Origin: an uncultured Candidatus Rokubacteria bacterium
GTDB taxonomy: Bacteria; Methylomirabilota; Methylomirabilia; Rokubacteriales; DASRDR01
NCBI GenBank assembly: GCA_963708025.1
Contig: CAVPSB010000025.1
Location: forward strand, 320,001-384,000
DNA: 64,000 nt
Direction of reading: 5' to 3'
Part shown: in pieces, positions 18,083 through 30,419 of the stretch
How positions within the stretch are numbered: position 1 is the stretch's first letter
Layout of the letters: each line of letters starts with the position of its first letter
Program-made: the position numbers and the translations under genes
The notes under the pieces: model-generated
The model's input: the letters and a program-made list of their open reading frames with translations, nothing else
Databases searched by the model: none
What the model was told of the DNA's origin: nothing

Positions 18083-19243
18083 ATGGATCGCGCAGGATCG
18101 CTCGCTCGGGTCGTGTCGGTGCTCGCGGTGGCGCTCGCGCTGGCCTGGGGGCCGGCGCTCTCGACCGCCGCCGATGCTCAGCAGGTCATCAAGATCGCGG
18201 CCGGCGTGCCGCTGACCGGCCCGCTGGCCAAGCAGGGCCAGGAGGTCGCGAACGCGGTCAAGCTCGCCGTCGAGCAGTGGAACGCGAAGGGCGGCGTGCT
18301 CGGCAAGAAGATCGAGGTGCTGGAGGCCGACGACCAGGGCAACCCGCAGGTCGGGGTGGCCGCCGCCGAGAAGGTCGCGGCCGATCCGGCCGTCATGGGC
18401 GCGGTGTGGGGCATCACCAGCGTCACGTGCATCCCGGTCTCCGAGGTGCTGGACAAGGTCAACGTCACCCTGATCAGCCCCGGCTGCACCAACCCCAAGG
18501 TGACCGACCGCGGGCTCAAGACCGTCAACCGCGTGTGCGCCCGCGACGACGCCCAGGGCCCGGCCGGCGCCATGTTCGCCGTGCAGGATCTGAAGGCGAA
18601 GAAGATCGCCATCTTCGACGACGGCACCACCGGGCCGAAGGGCGTCGCCGACGAGGTCGAGAAGACGGCCAAGAAGCTCGGGGCCCAGCCGTTCCGCTAC
18701 GTGATCCGCTCGGGCGACAAGGACTTCCGGGCGATCCTCGGCCACCATGCCCAAGGACGTCGACGTGATCTACGCGAGCCTCTGGGCGCCGGACGCGGCC
18801 CTGATCGCCAAGCAGCTGCCCGACGTCGGGCTCGACGTCCGCATGATCGGGCCCGATGGCCATGTACGAGCCGGTGGACTACATCGAGGCCTCGGGCGGC
18901 GCGGCCGAGGGCAACTACGTGACCTTCCTGGCCCCGGACCTGAAGAAGGTCCCGAGCGCGGCCGCGTTCGTCAAGGCGTTCGAGGCCAAGTACGGGCCGG
19001 TCAGCTCGTACGGGCCGCTCGCCTACGAGGCGGCCAACATCATCCTGGAGGCCATCAAGAAGGTCGGCAAGGCCGACCGGGCGGCCGTCCGGGACGCCGT
19101 GCGCGCCACCAAGAACTACCAGGGCATCCTCGGGCGTGCCGATCACCTTCGACGACAAGGGCGACGTGGCCGGCGGCCTGATCTTCGTCTACCAGGTGAA
19201 GGGGGCCGGCTTCGAGCAGATCAAGACCATCGTGGTGAAGTAG
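18083..19243 (+). CDS. Branched-chain amino acid ABC substrate-binding protein (LivK-like); frameshifts near 18745, 18860 and 19135
   Basis: PLTG, DDQGNP, RVCARDDAQG, YGPLAYEAA segments across frames. Confidence 0.85.
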
Positions 19244-19272
19244 CGCCGGCGCTCGCGGCGCGTGGCCGGCCG

Positions 19273-20079
19273 ATGCCGCTTCTCGAGACCTCGGGCCTGT
19301 CGATGGACTTCGGCGGCCTGCGGGCCGTGCACGATCTCGACCTCCGCGTCGCGGAGGGCGAGATCGTCGGCCTGATCGGCCCCAACGGCTCCGGCAAGAC
19401 CACCGTCTTCAACGTCATCACCGGCCTCTACCGGGCGACCGCCGGCCGCGATCCTCTTCGAGACGGGGCCGGCGACGCCCCGATCTGGTCGGGCGCCCGC
19501 CCACGCGATCACCGCGCTCGGCATCGCGCGCACGTTCCAGAACCAGCGGCTGTTCAACCAGATGACCGTGCTGGAGAACGTGCTGGTCGGCATGCACTGC
19601 CGGACCCGGGCGGGGATCGCGGGCATCCTGCTGGGGACTGCCGCGAACGCGCGCCGAGCGCCGCCGGCCGAGGAGCGGGGCGTGGAGCTGCTCGCGTTCT
19701 TCGGCGAGCGCCTGGCGCCGCGCGCCGGGCGGCCGGCCTGGACCCTCTCCTACGCCAACCGGCGGCGCCTGGAGATCGCGCGGGCGCTGGCCACCGAGCC
19801 GCAGCTCCTGCTGCTCGACGAGCCGGCGGCCGGCATGAACCCGACCGAGAAGCGCGAGCTGATGCGCGACATCGAGCGCATCCGCGACGCGCGGCGTCGA
19901 CCATGCTGCTGATCGAGCACGACATGGGGCTGGTGCCGCGGCATCTGCGAGCGCGTCGTGGTGCTCGACCACGGCATCAAGATCGCCGAGGGCAGCTTCG
20001 AGGAGGTGCGGGAGACTCCGGCGGTGCTGGAGGCCTATCTGGCGGCGGCCGGCCGTGGCCCGGGCCTCGCGCGACCGGC

Positions 20080-20092
<13 letters not shown>
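19273..20092 (+). CDS. ABC ATP-binding protein (LivG-like); multiple frameshifts, end approximate
   Basis: GPNGSGKTT, ARTFQ, LLLDEPAAG, IEHDM. Confidence 0.8.
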
Positions 20093-20822
<730 letters not shown>

Positions 20823-20870
20823 CGAGACTCGGGGGGGGCGGGAGGAGCGCGCAGCTCCCCGCCGACTGAC

Positions 20871-21813
20871 GTGGACGTGCTCCAGATCCTGCCCCAGCAG
20901 CTGGTGTTCGGCCTCGCGCTCGGCACGGTCTACGGGCTGATCGCGCTCGGCTACACGATGGTCTACGGCATCCTGCTCATGATCAACTTCGCCCACGGCG
21001 AGCTGTTCATGATCGGCGCCTACGTGGGCTGGGGGGTGCTGACCTGGCTGATCAACGCCAAGTTCGGCGGCCTGCACCCGGCTGGGTGGTGCCGGTGATG
21101 CTGCTGATGGCGATGTCGTGCTCCGGCCTCCTCGGGCGTGACCCTCGAGCGCTTCGCCTACCGGCCGCTCTACACGCGCGGCGCCACCCGGCTCGGGCCG
21201 CTGATCAGCGCGGTCGGCGCCTCGATCTTCCTGCAGAACGCGGTGATGCTGACCCAGGGCGCGCGCATGAAGGTCTACATGACGAACCTGCTGTTCCCGC
21301 GCAGCTGGTACGTTCAGGTTGGCGGGCGTGCGCATCTCGGCGCTGGTCCTGGTCATGATCTCGGTGGCCGGCCGTCATGATGTGGCGGCTCCACCTGCTG
21401 GTCCAGCGCACGACGCTCGGCCGCTGCGATGCGCGCGGTGGCCGAGGACCGCGAGGTGGCGGCGATCATGGGCGTGAACGTGCGCCGGGTGATCTCGCTC
21501 ACGTTCCTGCTCGGCTCGGCGCTCGGCGGCGCCGCCGGCGTGCTGGTCGGCCTGTACTACACGCAGATCGACTTCTTCATGGGCTACTCGGCCGGGCTGA
21601 AGGCGTTCACCGCCGCGGTGCTCGGCGGCATCGGCAACATCAGGGGCGCGATGCTGGGCGGCCTGGTGCTCGGGCTGATCGAGAGCCTGGCCGTGACCTT
21701 CATCAACCCGGCCTACCGGGACGTGGTCGCCTTCGTGGTGCTGATCCTGGTGCTCGTCTTCCGGCCGACCGGGCTGCTCGGCGAGACCGTGCCGACAGGC
21801 GAACAAGGTCTGA
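20871..21813 (+). CDS. Branched-chain amino acid ABC permease (LivH-like); frameshifts
   Basis: YGLIALGYTMVYG, INFAHGE, GLKAFTAAVLGGIG, RPTGLLG. Confidence 0.8.
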
Positions 21814-22823
21814 TGACGACGCCGGCCCGGCTGGCAGACGGCGCATCGGCCTGGGGCCTCGGCGCGGTGGCGCTCGTCGCGCCGCTGGTCGCGCCGAACG
21901 ACTACTGGATCGGCGTGATGGCCCGCATCTGCCTCTACGCGACGCTGGCGCTCGGGCTCAACGTCGTGGTCGGCTTCGCCGGGCTGCTCGACATCGGCTA
22001 CGTCGCCTTCTTCGGCATCGGCTCGTACCTCTACGCGTTCCTCGCCTCGCCGCACTTCGGCCTGCACCTGCCGTTCCTGCTGGCGCTGCCGATCGTCGTC
22101 GTCGGCCACCGCGCTGTTCGGCATCCTGATCGGCGCGCCGACGCTGCGCCTGCGCGGCGACTACCTCGCCATCGTCACGCTGGGGTTCGGCGAGATCACC
22201 TATCTGCTCCTGCTCAACCTCGACCGGCCCGATCAACATCACCAACGGGCCGAGCGGCATCATCGACATCGATCCGCCGGCGCTGGCCGGCTTCGTCGCT
22301 CGAGCGGCAACACCGCAGTACTACTACCTGTTCCTGGCGGTGCTCGCGCTCGCGCTGCTCGCCTCGGCGCGCCTGCAGCACTCCCGCATCGGCTGGGCCT
22401 GGCAGGCGATCCGCGAGGACGAGCTGGCCGCCCGCGCGATGGGCATCAACACGACGGTGGCGAAGCTGCAGGCCTTCGCCATCGGCGCCTCCTTCGCCGG
22501 CTTCGCCGGCGCGCTTGCTGGCCTCGTGGCAGAAGTCGGTGTTCCCGGAGAACTTCCTGTTCACCGAGTCGATCAACATGCTGCCATGGTCATCATCGGC
22601 GGCATGGGCAACCTGCTCGGCGTGGTGCTCGGCGCGACGCTGATCGTCGCGCTGCCGGAGGTCTTCCGCGAGCTTCCAGGCCTACCGGCTGCTCGTCTTC
22701 GGCCTCATGCTGATGGTGCTGATGATCTTCCGGCCCCAGGGGCTCCTGACCGCCGAGACCGCCCGCGAGCAGGAGGAGCCCGACCTGGCCGCCCCCGAGC
22801 CCGAGCCCACCGCCCGGATCTGA
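21813..22823 (+). CDS. Branched-chain amino acid ABC permease (LivM-like); frameshifts
   Basis: [42 protein letters not shown]. Confidence 0.8.
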
Positions 22824-22849
22824 GTTCGTCGAACCGAGGTCCCGAATAT

Positions 22850-23656
22850 TCAGTAAGTCGTGGTGGTTTCGGTGATCCCGGGATCGGGCGTCGCGCCGGG
22901 CGGCTCGCTGCCTTCCCCCGAGGGCGCATCGCCCGCGAGCAGGCCGGCCGCGATCAACCCCCCGGCCACCGCCGCGCCCGCCGCCGACGCGTCGGCGCGA
23001 GGTGCGGCATCCCAGGCGCCGGACGCGCCCGCCCCGCCGAACGTGCCGCCGCGGCCCTCGAAGGGCTCGCCCCGGTCCGGAGAGCGCTCGGAAGGTCGAG
23101 CCGGTCGAGCGGTCGATCCAGCCGCGGTCGTGATCGTCGGTGGGCCGCTGGAGCCCGCCGCGCTCGGCCGCCGGCGGCGGCCGAAGAGCCACTCCCAGAA
23201 GCCGAGCGGCTTCTCCTTCACCTCGAGCTCGTCGCCGGGTCCGACGGCCTGCGCGAGCCGGGGGAGGATGCCGTCCTCCACGCGAAACCCGCCGTCGGTC
23301 GGGCGCAGCCGGCCGTCCTCGCCCGGCGCGCCCCCGTGAAGCGCCAGCGCCAGACGGCCGAAGCTCTCGGCCTGCAGCGCCTCGCCCGACCGGGGCTGGA
23401 AGACCAGCGAGTGGCGGCCGTACTCGTCCCGCGATGCCTCCGGCACGCCCCGGACCTCGCGGAGCCGGTAGGTGCCGAAGGGCGCGTGGCCTCCCGGCCG
23501 CAGCGGGTCGCGCTCCGGGTTGCCGGCCGCGCGCGCGGCCGCCTCATCGGCGGTCAGGCACACCTCGACCGGCCCCAGCCGGCTGCCGTCGTCGAGGAAC
23601 GCCGTGAGCCAGCCCAGGCGCTGCCGCCGGCCATCCACTTCGACGAGCACTCGCAT
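22850..23656 (-). CDS. Hypothetical protein, L,D-transpeptidase/Tlde1-like motifs plus Gly-rich tail
   Basis: PFGTY, LHGG..RPTDGGFRV, tail GRGGTFGGAGASGAW; SD GGAGG upstream. Confidence 0.6.
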   Translation of the reverse strand: MRVLVEVDGRRQRLGWLTAFLDDGSRLGPVEVCLTADEAAARAAGNPERDPLRPGGHAPFGTYRLREVRGVPEASRDEYGRHSLVFQPRSGEALQAESFGRLALALHGGAPGEDGRLRPTDGGFRVEDGILPRLAQAVGPGDELEVKEKPLGFWEWLFGRRRRPSAAGSSGPPTITTAAGSTARPARPSERSPDRGEPFEGRGGTFGGAGASGAWDAAPRADASAAGAAVAGGLIAAGLLAGDAPSGEGSEPPGATPDPGITETTTTY

Positions 23657-23657
23657 G

Positions 23658-25952
23658 TCATCGACCTCCCCGCAGGGTGGCGAACAGCTCCACGTATCGC
23701 TCGGTCATGCGGTTCATCGAGAACCGCCGGCCGACGCGCCGGCGGCCCCGTCGCGACGCAGTCGCCCGCGCGCTCGGGGGAGGTGAGCGCCTCCAGCAGG
23801 GCGCTGGCGATCGCCGCCGGGCTGGTGTCGGGCACCAGCCAGCCGGTCCGGCGCGGGACGACCAGCTCGCGGGTGCCGCCGCTGTCGTTCGCCACCAGCG
23901 GCACGCCGGCGGCCAGGGCCTCCAGGCAGGCGTTGGGGCAGCCCTGGTCCTCCCCGATGACCACCGCGGCGTCGAAGGCGGCCAGCCGCTCGGGCGCTCC
24001 GGCGTCCGGGCCCAGGAAGAACACCGTGCGGTCCAGGTCGGCGCGCGCGATCGTCAGGAGGTCCCGCGCGTAGCCGGCGTGTCGGGGCTCGGCGCCGCCG
24101 ATGACGTGGAGCTCGGCGCCGGGCAGCCGGCGGCGGAGCAGGACCATCGCGTCCAGGATCTCGCGAAGGAACTTGCTCGGCGCCAGCCGCCCGCTCACCA
24201 CGACCCGGGGCGCCGCCGTCGCGACGAAGCGGGTCCTGGAACGCCGCGGGCAGCCGGACGCCGTTGGGGATGACCAGGTACCGGGCACCCGCGGCGGGCA
24301 GCGCGCCGTCGAACTTGAGCACGAGGCGGTCGAGTCGCCGGACGGTAGTCGGCCTCAGCGTAGGCGACGAGTTGCTGGAAGTCGGCGGTGGCCGCCATCT
24401 CCTTGACCGCCTGGTCGCCGGGGCTCACGTTGACGAGGCGGAGGCCCGGCAGCGCCTCGGCGGCCTTCGCCACCAGCAGCTTCACCTTCGGGTCCACGTT
24501 CCAGAAGACGAGGATCGCCGCGCCTCGGGCGCGCGCCAGGCGGACCAGCGCCTCGGCGTGGTCGAACGCGTCCCGCGAGGCGGCGCTGCGCACGACGTCG
24601 ACGCCCGCCGCGCGGAGCTCGCGGTGGAACGCCGGGCTCGTCGAGTCGCCGGTCACCGCGACCGACAGCGGCTCCCGCCCGCCGAGGCCGGTGGCCAGGT
24701 TGACGAGCGAGCGCTGTGCGCCGCCCGCGTTGAGGTTGGCGGTGACGAACAGCACGTGGCCGGTCGCTCGGTACGGCGCGGCGAGCTGGGCCAGCGTCCA
24801 GAGCCGGTAGGCCGGGAACCCCGCCCAGGCGGGCCGGACCCGCGGCGCGGCCGCCGCCCGGAGGAGCGCCTCCACCCAGGCGCGCCTCCTCGGCCTCGAG
24901 GGGCAGGAGGTGGAGGGCGGCGTGCTCGACCTCGCCCTGGCCCCCGACGCACGAGGCCACGACGGGGAGCCCGGCGGCGAGCGCCTCCAGCGTGGCGATG
25001 CTCAGCCCCTCGTAGCGGCTGGTGTTCAGCAGGACGTCGAAGGCCGGCAGGCAGCGCACCGCGTCCGGCACGAACCCCGGCAGGAGCACGCGCTGGCTCG
25101 AGCCCGTACCGGCGCCGCTGGGCCAGGAGCGCGCTCCACGCCAGCGCGCCGTCCTTGCCGACCGGCCCGCCGAGGATCACGAGGTAGGCCCCGGGGCGTG
25201 TCCCGGAGCAGCTCGGCCACGATGCGCACGGCCCGGGGATAGGCCTTCTGTGGCTTGACACCCCCGACCATGCCCACGACGAGGGCATCGGGCGGGATGC
25301 CCCAGGCCTGCCGCCAGCGCGCGCGGAGCGCCGGGTCGAGCGGCGACGGAGGCGGGGAGGTGACGGATCACGGTGACCCGCCCGGCGTAGCCGGCGGACC
25401 GCAGCTCCGCGGCGGCGGCCGCCGACACGACGACGATCCAGGGCTCGCCCGCGAGGTCCGACGGCGGGTCGGGCCAGCCGGACCGCGCGTTGTGGAGGAC
25501 CGGCACCGGCACCGCGCCGTGCCGCCGCAGCACGCTCGCTGGGCGGCCCCGAGCAGGTGGCAGAGGCACACCGGGTTGGGCGACGCCGCCAGGCTCCGCC
25601 CGAGCGCCGCGAGGGCCCCCTCGTGGTCGCGGAGGCGGCTGACCCGGACGCCCGGCGGGACCGGGTACTCGTGGGCCGCCTCGCCGAGGAGCGCCACGTG
25701 CACCGGATAGCGACCGCCGAGTCGCGCCGCCCAGTCGAGCACGATCCGCTCGGCCCCGCCCAGGGCCAGGGCGGGGAGGAGGACGGTCAGCTCCTCCGGC
25801 GGCAGCGCCGCCAGCGGAGGCTGCTCGCAGCCCTCGCTCGTGACGAGGATCCGGGCCAGCGCGCGCTCGATCGCGGGGTCGCGGGCGGACGCCGGTGCCG
25901 GTCCGGCCGGCGTCGCGAGGTGCGGGAGCCCGCCGTCTGGCGCCGCGCTCAC
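23658..25952 (-). CDS. Large glycosyltransferase with two GT-B/GT4 modules; many frameshifts
   Basis: Two GGAE/QR motifs; two donor motifs (SRYEGLSIATLEALAAG and QGCPNACLEALAAG). Confidence 0.75.
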
Positions 25953-26019
25953 GGTAGCCGAACGTAGCGCACGTGCCGGGCCGGGACAAGCGGCCCCGGT
26001 CAGCCTGCCGTCGGGGCGA

Positions 26020-26568
26020 CTACGGCCAGAGGGTCGCGAGGGTGATCGTGAGGTCGGGGAACGGCGGAAGGCTGGCGGGCCCGCTCCCGGAGACCCGGCC
26101 GGCCAGCGAATACCCGTCGGGCTGGAGGGCGAACGCGTCGATCGTCCGTGCCTCCAGATCCACGAGCCAGAAGAAGGGGACGCCGTGGCGTGCGTAGAGC
26201 TGGTGCTTCGTCCGGCGGTCGATGAGCGTGGTGGCGGGCGACACGATCTCGACGACCAGGGTGGGGGCGCCCTCGATGCCTCGACCGCTGATGGCGCCGA
26301 GCCGCCCCGGCTCGAGGTAGACGAGGTCGGGCTGAACGATCGAGGCCTCGGTCAAGATCACGTCGAGCGGGGCATACAGCACCTCGCCGCTGCCCCGCGA
26401 TCGAACGTGGGCGTCGAGGAGACGGAAGAGGTTCCGGCTGACGATCTGGTGTCGGGGGCTGGGCGCGGGCGTCACTGACAGCTCGCCATCGTGGACCTCG
26501 TACCGGCGGCCGTCGTCGGGTAGCGCCGCATAGTCCTCGTAGCCAAGGGTCAGGTGTCGGGCCGTCAT
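26020..26568 (-). CDS. Uma2 family endonuclease
   Basis: RYEVHDG, P...HQ, VQPD, PTLVVEIVSP, K..LY..GV..WLVD. Confidence 0.9.
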   Translation of the reverse strand: MTARHLTLGYEDYAALPDDGRRYEVHDGELSVTPAPSPRHQIVSRNLFRLLDAHVRSRGSGEVLYAPLDVILTEASIVQPDLVYLEPGRLGAISGRGIEGAPTLVVEIVSPATTLIDRRTKHQLYARHGVPFFWLVDLEARTIDAFALQPDGYSLAGRVSGSGPASLPPFPDLTITLATLWP

Positions 26569-26703
26569 GACCGTCGCTCTCCAGGATTGTACCGGGCCGA
26601 TGCCCGGTCAGGCAAACCCGTCCACGACGAACGGCCAGGGCCGGGCTCCGGGGTACGGGAGCCAGGGGGCCAGGATCCGACGGCGTGAGCGCCGGCGGCG
26701 ATG

Positions 26704-26732
26704 TTGTCCCCCCGAGACCCCCACGCTATCAT
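26704..26732 (+). promoter_or_regulatory. Sigma70-type promoter, probably leaderless
   Basis: TTGTCC-17 nt-TATCAT with ATG 7 nt downstream and no SD. Confidence 0.5.
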
Positions 26733-26739
26733 CCGATCG

Positions 26740-29700
26740 ATGCCGGACGATTCCGCGGCGGCGCGGATCCTCGAGGGCCTGAATCCTGCCCAGGCGGCGG
26801 CCGTCACCCACGACCGGGGGCCCCTCCTCATCGTGGCCGGCGCCGGGACCGGGAAGACCACCGTCCTCACCCGCCGCATCGCCTGGCTGATCGTCACCCG
26901 CCGGGCCCGCCCCGAGGAGATCCTGGCCCTGACCTTCACCGACAAGGCCGCGCTCGAGATGGAAGAGCGCGTCGACGTCCTGGTGCCCTACGGCTTCGCC
27001 GACGTCCGGATCTCGACCTTCCACGCCTTCGGCGACTGGCTCCTCCGCGAGAACGCGCTCGAGGTGGGGCTGACGCCGGCCTTCCGCGTCCTCAACCGGG
27101 CCGAGCAGATCCTGTTCCTGCGGGCCCACCTCTTCGAGCTGCCGCTCCAGCACTACCGCCCGCTCGGCGACCCGACCCGGCACCTCGATGCCCTGGTCGG
27201 CCTGTTCGGGCGCGCCAAGGACGACGACATCTCGCCGGAGGCGTACCTGGCCCATGCAGAAGCGCAGGTGCGCCAGGCCGGGGACGGCGCCGACGACGCG
27301 GAGCGGCGCGAGCGGGCGGCCCGCGACCTGGAGTTGGCCCGGACCTACGCCGCCTACCAGGGCCTGATGGCGCGCGAGGGGCTCGTCGACTTCGGCGACC
27401 AGATCGTCTACGCCCTCCGCCTCTTCCGCGCGCGCCCCTACGTCCGGGCCCACTACCAGCGGCGCTTCCGCTACATCGTCGTCGACGAGTTCCAGGATAC
27501 CAACCACGCCCAGTTCGAGCTGGTCCGGCTCCTGGCGTCGGGCCACCGGAACGTGACCGTGGTGGGGGACGACGACCAGGCCATCTTCCGGTTCCGGGGT
27601 GCCTCGATGCGCAACGTGCTGGATTTCGACCAGGCCTACCCCGACGCCCGCCGGGTCGTGCTCACCGACAACTACCGCTCGGGCCAGCGCCTCCTCGACG
27701 CGGCCTACCGCCTGATTCGCCACAACGATCCGGATCGCCTCGAGGTCGCCCGCCAGATCGACAAGCGGCTGCTCTCGCGCCAGGGCGAGGGGCCGGCGCC
27801 GGTCCACCTCCACTTCGAGACCATGACGCAGGAGGCGGACGCGGTGGCCGGGAAGATCGCCGAGCTGGTGGATGGCGGGGAGTGCCGGTACGGCGACGTC
27901 GCGATCCTCGTCCGCTCCAACAACGAGGCCGACCCCTTTCTGCGGTCACTCAACATGCGCGGCATCCCGTGGACCTTCTCCGGGAACCAGGGGCTCTACG
28001 GCCGCCCGGAGGTCCGCCTGCTCATCGCCTTCCTCCGGGTGCTCGCCCATCCCGACGACGGCGTGAGTCTCTTCGTCCTGGCCGCCTCGACGCTCTACGG
28101 CGTGCCGGCCGTCGACCTGACCCGCTGCAGCACGGTCGCCGAGCGGCGGCACCGCTGGCTGTTCGACGTCCTCCGCGGGCTCGACGCGCTGCCCGACGTG
28201 CGGGAGGCCGTCTCACCCGAAGGCGCGGACGCCATCGGGCGCCTCGTCAAAGACCTCGAGCGCTACATGCAGCTCGCCGCCGAGCTGCCGGCCGGCGAGC
28301 TGCTGTACCGGTTCCTCGAGGACTCCGGCTGGCTCGCCCGGATGTCGAAGGCCGCCACCGTCCGGGAGGAGGCCGAGGTCCAGAACGTCGCGAAGTTCTT
28401 CCGCCGGCTCCAGGAGGCGACCGCCGTGCTCCGATCGGATCGGGTGCGCGAGTTCGTGAGTCACCTGGACGCGCTGATCGAGGCCGGCGAGGATCCGGCG
28501 GTCGCCGAGGCCGAGCAGGACGTTCCCGCCGTCCACGTGCTGACCGTCCACAAGGCGAAGGGGCTCGAGTTCCCCGTCGTGTTCGTGGTCGGGCTGGTCC
28601 AGGGCCGCTTTCCGTGGCCCCAGCGCGGCGAGCTCCTGGAGCTGCCCGACGGGCTGGTGCCGGAGCGGGCGACCGCCGCCGAGCTCGAGCGTCCGCCGGC
28701 GCCCGGAGGCCGTGAGCCGCGGGCGATGCGGGAGGCGGGCGCCGACCGGCACCTCCAGGAGGAGCGGCGGCTCTTCTACGTCGCGATGACCCGCGCCACC
28801 CGCGCCCTCTACCTCACCTCGGCGCGCGACTACGGCGGCAAGCGGGAGCGCAAGGTGAGCCAGTTCGTCCTGGAGGCGCTCGACCTGCCGCGGGACGCGG
28901 CCCGGCCCTACCGGAGCACGGCGCTGGAGGAGCTGCGCCGGATCGCGGCGCCGCCTCCGGCCGTCGAGCCGCCCTTCGACCCCGAGCCGCCGCTCCCGCC
29001 CGACGCCCCGCTCGAGCTCTCGCACAGCCAGATCGACGACTACCAGACGTGCCCCCTCAAGTACCGCTACATCCAGATCCTCCGGGTGCCGATCCGCCGG
29101 CACCACGCCGTGGTGTACGGGGAGGCGCTCCACCGGGTCGTCGAGCACTACCTGCGCCGGCGCGCCGCCTCGCTCTACACGCCGCTCGAGGACCTGCTGG
29201 ACACCTTCGAGCGGGAGTGGCGGAACGAGGGCTTCCTCACCTGGGCTCACGAGGCGGCCCGGAAGGAGGCGGGGCGGGCCGCGCTCACCCGGTTCTGGCA
29301 CGAGGAGGAGGCGTCGGGAGGGAAGCCAACGTGGATCGAGAAGGAGTTCGGCTTCACGCTCGGCCCCGATCGCGTGCGGGGGCGCTGGGATCGGGTGGAC
29401 GAGGCCGACGGGAGCGGCGGTGATCGTGGACTACAAGTCGTCCGACGTCCGCCAGCCGGAGCAGGCGGACCGCCGGGCCGCCGAGAGCCTCCAGCTCGCG
29501 ATCTACGCCCTGGCCTGGCGCGAGATGTTCGGCCGGCTCCCGGACCGGGTCGAGCTGCGCTTCCTGGAGTCGGGAGTGGTCGGCCGCCACGCCCCGACGG
29601 AGGAGGATGCGGCCGAGGCGGCGGAGGCGGTCCGGGCGGCCGGCGCCGGCATTCGGGCGCGCCGCTTCGAGGCGACGCCCTCGTTCCAGGCCTGCCGCTT

Positions 29701-29746
29701 CTGCGCCTACAACCAGGTGTGCCCGTACACGGCCACCCGGGAGTAG
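26740..29746 (+). CDS. UvrD/PcrA-family helicase fused to a PD-(D/E)XK nuclease (AdnA/B-like); frameshift near 29415
   Basis: AGAGTGKT, VDEFQD, GDDDQ, NYRS, TVHKAKGLEF, EERRLFYVAMTRA; C-terminal CPLKY..GRWDR..IVDYK..CRFC.....C. Confidence 0.9.
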
Positions 29747-29774
29747 CTGCTACAATGCGGGCCAGAGGCGGGTC

Positions 29775-30335
29775 ATGACGGTCACGCTGACGAAGCGGCG
29801 GTTCACGGTCGACGAGTACCACCTGATGGCGCAGGCGGGCATCCTCTCCGAGGACGATCGCGTGGAGCTGATCCGGGGGGAGGTCGTCGAGATGACACCG
29901 ATCGGACGACGCCATGCGGGGGCCGTTGACCGGCTCACTCGGCTGTTCACCTCGGCGCTCGGCGAGCGGGCCATCGTCCGGGTGCAGAACCCGGTGCCGG
30001 TCAGTGCCGACTCGGAGCCCCAGCCCGACCTGGCCCTGCTCCGGCCGTCGCCCGACTTCTACGTCGAGACGCCGCTCGGTCCCGAGGAGGTCCTCCTGGT
30101 CATCGAGGTGGCGGACACGTCGGCGCCGAGCGATCGCGCCGTCAAGGTCCCGCTCTACGCCGAGGCCGGCATTCGCGAGGCCTGGCTCGTAGACCTGGCC
30201 GCCGGTCGCGTCGAGGTGTACCGGGGGCCGGGACCCGGAGGCTACCGGGAACGCCTCGCGCTCGTGCGCGGCCAGCGAGTCGCCCCGGACGCCTTCCTCG
30301 ACGTCATCCTGACGATCGACGCCATCCTCGGCTGA
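29775..30335 (+). CDS. Uma2 family endonuclease
   Basis: RRFTVDEYH, VELIRG, EPQPD, IEVADTS, K..LYA..GI.E.WLVD. Confidence 0.9.
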   Translation: MTVTLTKRRFTVDEYHLMAQAGILSEDDRVELIRGEVVEMTPIGRRHAGAVDRLTRLFTSALGERAIVRVQNPVPVSADSEPQPDLALLRPSPDFYVETPLGPEEVLLVIEVADTSAPSDRAVKVPLYAEAGIREAWLVDLAAGRVEVYRGPGPGGYRERLALVRGQRVAPDAFLDVILTIDAILG

Positions 30336-30419
30336 CCCCGCGGCCCTCCTCGGGCTTCCATCACCACCGTCCGGCGGCTTCTCGCAACCATCCGTTCCGG
30401 CCGCGCGGCCGAATGAAGC

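Noticed and set aside
14350-18084. 1244-aa ORF and other long Arg/Pro/Gly-rich ORFs (e.g. 4180-6669, 55389-58532)
   Set aside because: Shadow frames typical of high GC that chain parts of real genes or run antisense; no motifs of their own
20829-20866. GC hairpin between livF and livH (similar one at 44277-44301)
   Set aside because: No U-tract and no clear match to the main repeat family; cannot be assigned a function
26605-26670. GGCAAACC resembling a c-di-GMP-I riboswitch
   Set aside because: The GNRA tetraloop/receptor and GCAAAG elements are missing, and it lies upstream of the predicted promoter
29000-29746. Cas4-like nuclease as a separate gene (ORF 29420-29746)
   Set aside because: It is the frameshifted C-terminus of the helicase-nuclease; no cas genes nearby
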